DNA of 64,000 nucleotides from Flavobacterium sp. (GTDB lineage Bacteria; Bacteroidota; Bacteroidia; Flavobacteriales; Flavobacteriaceae): NCBI GenBank assembly GCA_039931915.1, contig JBDTRA010000005.1, positions 16,365 to 80,364 of the forward strand, read 5' to 3'. Shown piece by piece: positions 15,764 to 24,107 of this stretch (position 1 is its first letter; each line of letters starts with the position of its first letter). The notes under the pieces were generated by a model. It saw only the letters and a program-made list of their open reading frames with translations, ran no database searches and was not told where the DNA came from. The position numbers and the translations under genes were made by a program.

Positions 15764-16126
15764 ATGAAATTAATCGAGTTAATAAAATATCTGACCAATC
15801 CAGAATTGTTAGAAGAACTCTTTCAGGAACAGGGATTAAATATAGAATCGGAAGTTTTGCTAATATATATGGAAGGAGATTTAGATTTGACATCTAATAT
15901 TAGTATTTTAGAAATAGAAGAAACAGAGGATGATCTTATTTTTGAAAAGGACGGGTTACAATATATTCAACTTTTTCCTATCGATTATGCAATAGACTTA
16001 ATCGAATTTGATTTAAATATGAAAGACAAAGGCTATTCTGATTTAGAGATTGCTGAAAGACTTTTGGAGTATAGAAAAAATGATGCGCAATCAACACTAG
16101 CTCAAACGGCAAAAAAAACATTCTAG
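15764..16126 (+). CDS. candidate immunity protein for the WHH nuclease (paralog of 14690-15016)
   Basis: Internal ATG at 15764 (MKLIELIKYL...), 26 nt after the toxin stop. The track ORF's 5' extension from 15659 overlaps the toxin and is unlikely to be real. Confidence 0.55.
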   Translation: MKLIELIKYLTNPELLEELFQEQGLNIESEVLLIYMEGDLDLTSNISILEIEETEDDLIFEKDGLQYIQLFPIDYAIDLIEFDLNMKDKGYSDLEIAERLLEYRKNDAQSTLAQTAKKTF

Positions 16127-16143
16127 TTTTAAAGTATTATCTG

Positions 16144-16267
16144 CCCGACAGCTCGGATATGCACAAAGTTAGCGCGGAAATTTTTTCCGTGCCTGCAATA
16201 GTTAGACATCCTAAATTAAAACTATATATGTTTATAGATTTTCTTTGTGGGCACTGATTGCAAATCA
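16144..16267 (+). repeat. composite repeat, copy B (5' half only)
   Basis: It matches copy A from cccgacagctcgg to ctgattgcaaa(a)tca with scattered substitutions, then diverges. Confidence 0.85.
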
Positions 16268-16557
16268 GCCTATCGGGGTGAACTTAATTCAACTGGAATT
16301 TCTACATTTTCTGAAGCCATAACTCCTAAGCGGAATGTTTTTTTTTACTTTTAGCCAAATGTTAATTGATTAAAAAGGATGATATAGAAAAATATGTTTT
16401 TCATTAGCAGTTTTATAATATTGCCTATAACGTTTAGCCACTGATTCTCGTTGCGATTTAAAAAATAGTAGCCTTAGCGTATGGTAAAATACTTCAGGAA
16501 TCGTTGATTCAACAACTTGAAAGCAGCAATGTGAATTAGCAACTGTTGTACAATGTG

Positions 16558-17235
16558 CTATTTTTCAAAATTTATTGTCAAGCTCCATTTTTCCCATAGT
16601 TCTACACCTTTGCCATTATTCTTGGCAGGAATATAGGTGACTAAATTGTGAAAAATATTATTCACTTCTTGCCTTACAATTTGATCATCTTCAGGGTTTG
16701 TTCCAACCCTCCAGATTTTCTCATCAAAAATCCCGTGAGAATTGATATAAATCAGAATCGTTAATTTTCCTCGCTGTTTCTTCATGAGTATATTGGAATT
16801 TTTTAAAGCTTTTATCATCAGCTTTTTATAGACAGGATTTAAGTCCATTCCTGAGAAAAGTTCATATTCGATTTCTTCAGAAATAAATTTTGGCTTTTCC
16901 TCTACATCATTGATGGACATAATTTGGCCATTTCTAAAATTAGGGCAATGAGCTATTATCAAGTCACGAGATTCTAGGTCATTTAGCAAATATGCACGAT
17001 AATAATGTTCGCATGCCGAATCACTTTCTTTTAAATTTATTTCAATTGTTGCTAAATCATACCAATTATCTTTTTGATCTGGTTCTAAATTAGTTATACT
17101 TCTATAAATATCTCTAGCTTCCTGTAAATTATTACTTGCAACGGCAGTTTGAGCTTTGGATTTAAGTTCATTAAGATTGTTTTGTGCTAATAGAGAAGTA
17201 GTGAAAAAAAGGATAAAAATCTTGAAGCAGGTCAT
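16558..17235 (-). CDS. secreted TPR-like protein with a TonB-C-like C-terminal domain
   Basis: Signal peptide MTCFKIFILFFTTSLLAQ. TPR-like helices (LQEARDIYRSITNLEPDQKDNWYDLA). The C-terminal ..KLTILIYINSHGIFDEKIWRVG..VRQEVNNIFHNLVTYIPAKNNGKGVELWEKWSLTINF resembles a TonB C-terminal fold. Confidence 0.45.
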   Translation of the reverse strand: MTCFKIFILFFTTSLLAQNNLNELKSKAQTAVASNNLQEARDIYRSITNLEPDQKDNWYDLATIEINLKESDSACEHYYRAYLLNDLESRDLIIAHCPNFRNGQIMSINDVEEKPKFISEEIEYELFSGMDLNPVYKKLMIKALKNSNILMKKQRGKLTILIYINSHGIFDEKIWRVGTNPEDDQIVRQEVNNIFHNLVTYIPAKNNGKGVELWEKWSLTINFEK

Positions 17236-17430
17236 AAATTTATGTTTGTGCGTTTAAGCATGTCATACAATTTGTGTATACTAGCTACATAGCTGAGTAT
17301 AACATAAAAAACAGTAAATTGTCGCTATTGGGTGGCGCTTTTCGAACAAATATAGACATAATGTTTTTATTACAAATCATCAAAAGGATTTTTTATTTAG
17401 AAATACTAAGTATGAATATGTTCAAAATTA

Positions 17431-17712
17431 TCCGACAGCTCGGATATGCGCAAAGATAGCGCGGGAATTCTTTCCGTGACCGCAACAGTTAGGTCCCTAA
17501 ATTAAAACTATATATGTTTATAGATTTTCTTGTAGGCACTAATTGCAAAATCATGTCTGGCTGACGTGAGCTTCTTGTGTGAACTTCTCCTAGTCGAAGT
17601 GACAAAAACGAGTCGCCAGAAATCCTCAGTATCTTTTTTGTTTATCACATTGTGCGAAGTCGAAATGCTTGCGGGTTCTCGACTCCGCTCGAACTGACAA
17701 AAAAAATAAAGC
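17431..17712 (+). repeat. composite repeat, copy C (full length)
   Basis: Direct repeat of 15043-15325 with only a few mismatches by eye. Confidence 0.9.
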
Positions 17713-17922
17713 TCTTGTGTCCTTAAAATTTCTAATTACTTAAGTGCCGTTAGGGATAGAAGCGATATTCTTTTTATTTTTCCTTCCTAAAATAAAAAAA
17801 TATAGCGATAGACCGGCCGAAGGAAACGCCATAAAAAATCCGCTTACTCTGTAATAGAATAAGCGGATTTATTAAGTTTCAAAACCTCAAAATCTTTAAG
17901 CCTTTGTAACTTTAAGCCTTTT

Positions 17923-18798
17923 CTAATGATAATCATCCGGTTCAATATGGATTAAAACATTTCCTAATTGAGGAATATCTTCCTTAAGTGTATCCTGAAG
18001 CTTATGAGACAAATCATGCCCTTCTTTTACCGAAATATTTGCAGATACAATAGCATGAAGATCAACATGATATTTCATTCCTGCTTTTCGTATAAAACAT
18101 TTTTCTGTACCCAGGATACCTTCGACTGTTAAAGATGTGACCCGAATTTCTTCTACCAAATCATTGTTTAGGTGTTCGTCCATGATTTCGCCAAGCGCAG
18201 GCCTGAAAATTTTATAACTGTTGTATAAAATAAAAAAAGCAGCAAAAAGTGCTGCCCAGTCATCTGCTGCCTCATAGCCTTTACCCATAAAAATAGCAAT
18301 TGAGATTCCAATAAATGCCGCAACAGAAGTTATGGCATCACTACGATGGTGCCATGCATCAGCTGCTAATGACGAGCTATTAGTTTGCTTGCTTCGTTTC
18401 ATTACTAATCGAAATGAATATTCTTTCCAGACAATAATGGCACCTAAAACATAAAGGGTCCATGATTTTGGTAAATCATGCGGAGTTTGAATGTTGGCAA
18501 TACTTTCATATCCAATAATTGTTGCCGAAGTAATTAAAAATCCAACTACTAAAAAAGTAATCAAAGGCTCAGCACGGCCATGACCATAAGGATGGTTTTC
18601 ATCAGCCGGTTTATTAGAATATTTGATTCCGAATAAAACCAAACAAGACGAAAATATATCCGTTGTGGATTCGATCGCATCGGCAATCAAGGCATAAGAA
18701 TTGCCAAAAAAACCTGCCAGCCCTTTTAAGATGGCCAAGCAGGTGTTTCCGGCTACACTAAAATAAGTAGCTTTTATAGCTTTTTGTTCATTCGTCAT
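17923..18798 (-). CDS. cation diffusion facilitator (CDF) family transporter
   Basis: 291 aa. AGNTCLAILKGLAGFFGNSYALIADAIESTTD and HHRSDAITS are CDF TM2/TM5 signatures. C-terminal cytoplasmic domain present. Confidence 0.85.
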   Translation of the reverse strand: MTNEQKAIKATYFSVAGNTCLAILKGLAGFFGNSYALIADAIESTTDIFSSCLVLFGIKYSNKPADENHPYGHGRAEPLITFLVVGFLITSATIIGYESIANIQTPHDLPKSWTLYVLGAIIVWKEYSFRLVMKRSKQTNSSSLAADAWHHRSDAITSVAAFIGISIAIFMGKGYEAADDWAALFAAFFILYNSYKIFRPALGEIMDEHLNNDLVEEIRVTSLTVEGILGTEKCFIRKAGMKYHVDLHAIVSANISVKEGHDLSHKLQDTLKEDIPQLGNVLIHIEPDDYH

Positions 18799-18810
18799 TT
18801 GAGACTTTAT

Positions 18811-20124
18811 CTACGCTCTCACGATTTTTGCTCCAATTGCTCTTAAACGTTCGTCGATACGTTCGTATCCACGGTCAATTTGTTCAATATTTTGAATTGT
18901 ACTTGTTCCTTTTGCAGATAATGCAGCAATCAATAATGAGATTCCTGCACGAATATCCGGAGATGACATTGTTGTTGCTTTTAGTTGAGATTCGAAATTA
19001 TGCCCCATAACGACCGCTCTGTGCGGATCACATAACATAATTTTTGCTCCCATGTCGATTAATTTATCAACGAAGAACAAACGGCTTTCAAACATTTTCT
19101 GGTGAATCAGAACATCACCTTTTGCCTGTGTTGCCACAACCAAAACAATACTCAATAAGTCAGGTGTAAATCCTGGCCATGGCGCATCTGCAATTGTCAG
19201 GATCGAACCGTCAATATCTGTTTTAACTTCATACCCATCTGTGTGAGCAGGAATGTAAATATCATCCCCACGTCTTTCGAGTGTGATTCCGAGTTTTCTA
19301 AAAGTATTCGGAATTAAACCTAAATTATCCCAGCTTACATTTTTGATTGTGATTTCGCTTTTTGTCATAGCTGCCAAACCAATCCAGGAACCAATTTCGA
19401 TCATATCAGGAAGAATTCTGTGATCACATCCTCCAAGGCTTTCAACACCATCGATAGTTAGTAAGTTAGATCCAACTCCTGTGATTTTAGCTCCCATAGA
19501 GTTCAGCATTTTACATAACTGTTGCAAATAAGGCTCACATGCAGCGTTGTAAACTGTTGTTCTTCCTTTTGCCAAAACAGCAGCCATTACAATGTTTGCA
19601 GTTCCTGTAACAGAAGCTTCATCAAGCAGCATATCTGTTCCCTGCAATCCTTCTTCTGGAGATTCTACTCCGTAAAAGTGATCTTCTCTGTTGTATCTGA
19701 ATTTTGCTCCAAGGTTAATAAAACCTTCAAAGTGCGTATCTAATCTGCGACGTCCAATTTTATCTCCTCCGGGTTTAGGAATATATCCTCTCCCGAAACG
19801 AGCCAAAAGCGGCCCAACAATCATGATAGAACCACGAAGTGACCCACCTTCTTTTTTGAAAGCTTCTGTTTCTAAATAACCAATATTTACCTCATCGGCT
19901 TGAAATGTAATCGAACCTGACTCATTTCTTTGGATTTTTACCCCTAAATTACCCAACAAAGTGATTAATTTATTGATGTCAATAATATCCGGAATATTAT
20001 TAATTTTTACCTTTTCTCCTGTTAGAAGCACGGCACATAAAATTTGTAACGCCTCATTTTTTGCTCCTTGCGGAGTGATTTCTCCTTTTAAAGGTATTCC
20101 GCCTTCGATTTTAAAAATTCCCAT
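18811..20124 (-). CDS. murA: UDP-N-acetylglucosamine 1-carboxyvinyltransferase
   Basis: 437 aa. GAKNEALQILCAVLL, KPGGDKIGRRRLDTH, and typical EPSP-synthase-fold length and motifs. Confidence 0.93.
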   Translation of the reverse strand: MGIFKIEGGIPLKGEITPQGAKNEALQILCAVLLTGEKVKINNIPDIIDINKLITLLGNLGVKIQRNESGSITFQADEVNIGYLETEAFKKEGGSLRGSIMIVGPLLARFGRGYIPKPGGDKIGRRRLDTHFEGFINLGAKFRYNREDHFYGVESPEEGLQGTDMLLDEASVTGTANIVMAAVLAKGRTTVYNAACEPYLQQLCKMLNSMGAKITGVGSNLLTIDGVESLGGCDHRILPDMIEIGSWIGLAAMTKSEITIKNVSWDNLGLIPNTFRKLGITLERRGDDIYIPAHTDGYEVKTDIDGSILTIADAPWPGFTPDLLSIVLVVATQAKGDVLIHQKMFESRLFFVDKLIDMGAKIMLCDPHRAVVMGHNFESQLKATTMSSPDIRAGISLLIAALSAKGTSTIQNIEQIDRGYERIDERLRAIGAKIVRA

Positions 20125-20226
20125 ATTCTCTTTTTAAGGTTCTGAGTTTTCTAAGGTTCTGAGTTTCCAAGTTTCTTGAGATTAAAAAATCTCAGCATCT
20201 TAGTTACTTAGCTGCTTAGCAACTTT

Positions 20227-20955
20227 TTATACGTTTTTTTGATTATTATTTTTCTGAAAAGGTTTTGGTTTTCCCGGACCTTTATTGTTTTTGTTGCTTT
20301 GAATCTTTGGCTGACCCGGCGGCGTAATTTTATTTGACATACGCTTATTGGTACGTAATAAATCAGTTGTATTTAAGAGCTCTTCTGTACTTTGCAGTAA
20401 ATTGAATTTTCCTTCGGATAGTTCAAATAAATGCTCAAAAATCACATCGTCTTTTACAGTGTCTTTGTTCCAGCTTAAATATGATTTTTTCATGTGGTTG
20501 GCAATCACCAATACCAATGCGTTTTTCATTTCTCCATCTTCCCATTTATTGGCAACATCAATCATATATTTGATGTTATTGCCATAAAACCTGTATTTTG
20601 GAAAGTTTTGCGGGTATTGTAAAACATCCGGTTTTAACTGTAATACATCACGGGACGGGATTGGATATGGCGATTCTACATCTAATTTAAAATCAGACAT
20701 AATAAAAAGCTGATCCCATAATTTATGTTGAAAATCGGGTACATCACGCAAGTGCGGATTCAGGCTTCCCATTACCTGAATAATGTATTTTGCTGCTTTG
20801 TTACGTGTTTCGGCATCTTCAATACCAGTTGCCTGATCGATCAGTTTTTGCAAATGACGACCATATTCGGGGATAAGTAAACGTTGTCTTTCAGAATTAT
20901 ATTCTAAATTAAAAACAACGTCATTTGCGACTTCTTTTTTATATTTTTCACTCAT
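20227..20955 (-). CDS. DUF4290-like protein
   Basis: 242 aa with a basic low-complexity tail, lying immediately upstream of murA as in other flavobacteria. The family name is from memory and was not searched. Confidence 0.5.
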   Translation of the reverse strand: MSEKYKKEVANDVVFNLEYNSERQRLLIPEYGRHLQKLIDQATGIEDAETRNKAAKYIIQVMGSLNPHLRDVPDFQHKLWDQLFIMSDFKLDVESPYPIPSRDVLQLKPDVLQYPQNFPKYRFYGNNIKYMIDVANKWEDGEMKNALVLVIANHMKKSYLSWNKDTVKDDVIFEHLFELSEGKFNLLQSTEELLNTTDLLRTNKRMSNKITPPGQPKIQSNKNNKGPGKPKPFQKNNNQKNV

Positions 20956-20957
20956 AA

Positions 20958-21254
20958 TTATAATGAAACTATACCTTCTATTGTAGAAACTTCTTTGTAT
21001 TTACTGATGATTTCGTCAGCACTATTCATTGTTACATCTACAGAAACACTGGTAAATTTACCTGTTTTAGATTTTGTTGTTTTTATTACCGCACCCATTC
21101 TGTCAAAAGCTTTTTCAACTCGCTCAACATTGTCGCCTACTGAAGGCATTATAAATTTATACAAATATTCTGCTGGCCAGGTATTTGAATTATCTAACTC
21201 AACCTTTAATCTTTCGTAAAATTCGGCGGTACTTTTTTCTTTATCGTTCTCCAT
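20958..21254 (-). CDS. DUF493/YbeD-like small protein
   Basis: The start was moved to the ATG at 21254 (MENDKEKS..) because a TATATTTG -7 box lies at 21273-21280, inside the longer track ORF. YKFIMPSVGDN is a YbeD-like pattern. Confidence 0.55.
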   Translation of the reverse strand: MENDKEKSTAEFYERLKVELDNSNTWPAEYLYKFIMPSVGDNVERVEKAFDRMGAVIKTTKSKTGKFTSVSVDVTMNSADEIISKYKEVSTIEGIVSL

Positions 21255-21272
21255 TTGTATTAAAAATAAAGG

Positions 21273-21280
21273 CAAATATA
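21273..21280 (-). promoter_or_regulatory. Bacteroidota -7 promoter box TATATTTG
   Basis: Plus-strand caaatata equals minus-strand TATATTTG (TAnnTTTG consensus), 19 nt upstream of the ATG at 21254. Confidence 0.45.
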
Positions 21281-21614
21281 CGGTTTTGATTTATGATTTT
21301 AGATTTTAGATTTTAGATTTTTTTCAATGAGAAACATCTTATTGTTTTTGATGTAATTTGGTTAAATTTCGTTTGCCGATAAAGGCATATCTTTTTATTT
21401 AAATTTAATAATTTATTTTTAAAACATTGCAACAAAATCATGTTCCCACTTTAACCCTGATTGAGGCGTTATCCTTTTATGGCGGGGTTCGCCATAAAAG
21501 ATATAGCCGAAAGCAGGAGCTTTGTTTCCTAAAATTGCGAAATCATTCGTTTCTGACAAATATTCTTTTTAAATATGAATAAGTTTAGGTAAATTTGCGC
21601 CTTATTTTAAGAAA

Positions 21615-22148
21615 GTGCAAAAAGAAATCATAGTGCTCATTGGTGGCCCGGGAACGGGAAAATCTACTCTTTTAAACGGATTAGTAGCTCGCGGCTATTG
21701 CTGTTATCCTGAAATTTCAAGACAAGTTACCCTGGAAGCCCAGCAACGCGGTATTGATCAATTGTTTTTGGAACAGCCTTTATTGTTTAGCGAAATGTTA
21801 TTGCAAGGACGTATCAAACAATATGAAGATGCACTTAAAGAACCTGATAATGTAGTTTTTATCGATCGCGGCATTCCTGATGTTGTAGCTTATATGGATT
21901 ATATTGGCGACGAATATCCTCCGCATTTTACAAAGGCTTGTGAGGATATCAAATATTCTAAAATTTTTATTTTACCGCCTTGGGAAGAAATTTACGAGAG
22001 CGACAAGGAGCGTTACGAGAATTTTGAACAGGCAGTAACTATTCAGAATCATCTTGTAGATACTTATAAAAAATATGGTTACGATCTAATAGAAGTCCCA
22101 AAAGATACGGTTGAAAACAGAATTCTTTATATCTTAGATAAAATTTAG
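21615..22148 (+). CDS. AAA-type ATPase (NadR-C-terminal/AAA_28-like)
   Basis: GTG start. Walker A motif VLIGGPGTGKST. 177 aa. Confidence 0.65.
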   Translation: MQKEIIVLIGGPGTGKSTLLNGLVARGYCCYPEISRQVTLEAQQRGIDQLFLEQPLLFSEMLLQGRIKQYEDALKEPDNVVFIDRGIPDVVAYMDYIGDEYPPHFTKACEDIKYSKIFILPPWEEIYESDKERYENFEQAVTIQNHLVDTYKKYGYDLIEVPKDTVENRILYILDKI

Positions 22149-22211
22149 CCGTGTTTAAAGTTGCAAAACTAGAAACTGCTTTCTAAATTTTTTAACTTTA
22201 AAACGAGACCA

Positions 22212-24107
22212 ATGCCAGAAGCGCAAGAAATTCTTTTAAAATATTGGAAGCACGAAAATTTCAGGCCGCTCCAACAAGAAATTATCGATTCGGTTTTGGA
22301 GGGTCAGGATACTTTTGCCTTGTTGCCTACGGGCGGAGGAAAATCGATTTGCTTTCAGGTTCCGGCGATGATGCAGGACGGAATTTGTCTGGTAATTTCG
22401 CCTTTGGTAGCGCTGATGAAAGATCAGGTTGCGAATTTAGAGAAAAGAGAAATTAAAGCCATTGCACTTACGGGCGGAATTCATACCGAAGAAATCATTG
22501 ATCTCCTGGACAATTGTCAATTCGGAAATTACAAGTTTTTATATCTTTCGCCTGAAAGATTACAGTCCGATTGGATTTTGGAGCGTATCAAAAATCTGCC
22601 TATTAATTTAATTGCTATTGATGAAGCACATTGTGTTTCGCAATGGGGGCATGACTTTCGTCCTGCTTATCTGAAGATTTCGGAACTTAAAAAATTCTTT
22701 CCTAAAATTCCCTTTTTAGCGCTGACTGCTACAGCGACACCAAGGGTTATTGAAGATATCAAAAGCGAATTGGGTTTAAAAGACACTAAACTTTTTCAGC
22801 AGTCTTTTGCCAGAGAAAACATCGCTTACATGGTTTTTGAAGTTGAAGACAAAATGTATCGCGTTGAACAAATCCTGAAGAAAAACCCACAGCCTTCTAT
22901 TATATATGTACGAAACCGAAAATCGTGCCTGAATATATCTATACAATTGCAATCGCTGGGTTTTAGGGCAACTTATTATCACGGGGGGCTTTCGTCTAAA
23001 GAAAAAGATAAAAACATGGAATTGTGGATGTCGGAACAGGCGCAGGTTATTGTGGCAACAAATGCGTTTGGAATGGGAATTGACAAAGACAATGTAAAAA
23101 CCGTGATTCATATCCAGCTTCCCGAAAATATCGAAAATTATTATCAGGAATCCGGAAGGGCAGGAAGAAATGGCGGGAAATCTTTTGCAGTTTTATTGAC
23201 CAATTCATCAGATGCCAATCAAACAGAACAACAATTTTTGAGTGTTTTGCCGGATAAAAAATTCCTGAATACCGTTTATGTTAAGCTTTGTAACTATTTT
23301 CAAATTGCTTATGGTGAAGGCCTGAATGATTCATTTTCGTTTAAACTGAATCATTTTTGCCAAAAATACGACTTCCCTACCCTAAAAACGTATAATGCTT
23401 TGCAATTTTTGAATCAGCAGGGAATTATTACAATGTCCCAGGAATTCTCAGAAAAGATTACCATGCAGTTTTTAATCGAATCTAAAGAAGTGATTCGATA
23501 CATAAGTCTGAACCAGAATGATGAAGAAATTATTTTGGCAATTCTGAGAACTTATCCGGGGATTTACGAAATGAAAGTTCCCTTTAATCTTTCCTTGATT
23601 GCAAAAAAATCAAATCGTACTGAAGAACAGGTTTCTGCTGTTTTACAAAAGATGAGAGAAAAAGAAATTATTGAATACAAATCTAAAAACAACGACGCTA
23701 CTATATTATTCAATGAAGTTCGTGAAGACGACCGAACAATAAACAGGGTTTCAAAATATTTGGAAAGACAAAATCAGCTGAAAAAAGATCAGCTTTTATC
23801 TGTGCTTCATTATATAAAGGAAAATAAAACCTGCAAAAACCGATTGATTCTGGATTATTTTGGAGAAGCAACCGAATCTAATTGTGGTGTTTGCTCTTAT
23901 TGCATCACGAAAAGAGGCAAAATTACTGAAGCTGATTTGATTGCTGACAAGATTCTCGCATTATTAAAAACAGCAGCTTTTTCATCAAGAGAAATTCAGA
24001 CCCAAATAAAACTCGATGCGAATGATATTATTTTGGTACTTCAGGAATTATTAGAAAACAATCATATTATTATACAACCGAACAATAAATACACTTTAAA
24101 ATCATAA
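22212..24107 (+). CDS. recQ: RecQ-family ATP-dependent DNA helicase
   Basis: FRPLQQEII, LPTGGGKSICFQVP, DEAHCVSQWGHDFRP (DEAH box), ATNAFGMGIDK, YYQESGRAGRNG. Confidence 0.9.
   Translation: MPEAQEILLKYWKHENFRPLQQEIIDSVLEGQDTFALLPTGGGKSICFQVPAMMQDGICLVISPLVALMKDQVANLEKREIKAIALTGGIHTEEIIDLLDNCQFGNYKFLYLSPERLQSDWILERIKNLPINLIAIDEAHCVSQWGHDFRPAYLKISELKKFFPKIPFLALTATATPRVIEDIKSELGLKDTKLFQQSFARENIAYMVFEVEDKMYRVEQILKKNPQPSIIYVRNRKSCLNISIQLQSLGFRATYYHGGLSSKEKDKNMELWMSEQAQVIVATNAFGMGIDKDNVKTVIHIQLPENIENYYQESGRAGRNGGKSFAVLLTNSSDANQTEQQFLSVLPDKKFLNTVYVKLCNYFQIAYGEGLNDSFSFKLNHFCQKYDFPTLKTYNALQFLNQQGIITMSQEFSEKITMQFLIESKEVIRYISLNQNDEEIILAILRTYPGIYEMKVPFNLSLIAKKSNRTEEQVSAVLQKMREKEIIEYKSKNNDATILFNEVREDDRTINRVSKYLERQNQLKKDQLLSVLHYIKENKTCKNRLILDYFGEATESNCGVCSYCITKRGKITEADLIADKILALLKTAAFSSREIQTQIKLDANDIILVLQELLENNHIIIQPNNKYTLKS

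Noticed and set aside
20130-20226. Low-complexity repeats (aaggttctgagttt x2, cttagttacttagctgcttagc) between murA and the DUF4290 gene.
   Set aside because: These are short, imperfect motifs typical of flavobacterial intergenic DNA. Similar taag/ctgag-rich spacers occur at 17880-17920. No hairpin or coding signal stands out.
21288-21325. Short tandem repeat (attttag x4). I also looked for CRISPR-like regular spacing across the window.
   Set aside because: It is only about 4 units of 7 bp with no spacers. No array of 25-40-bp repeats with unique spacers exists anywhere in the window.
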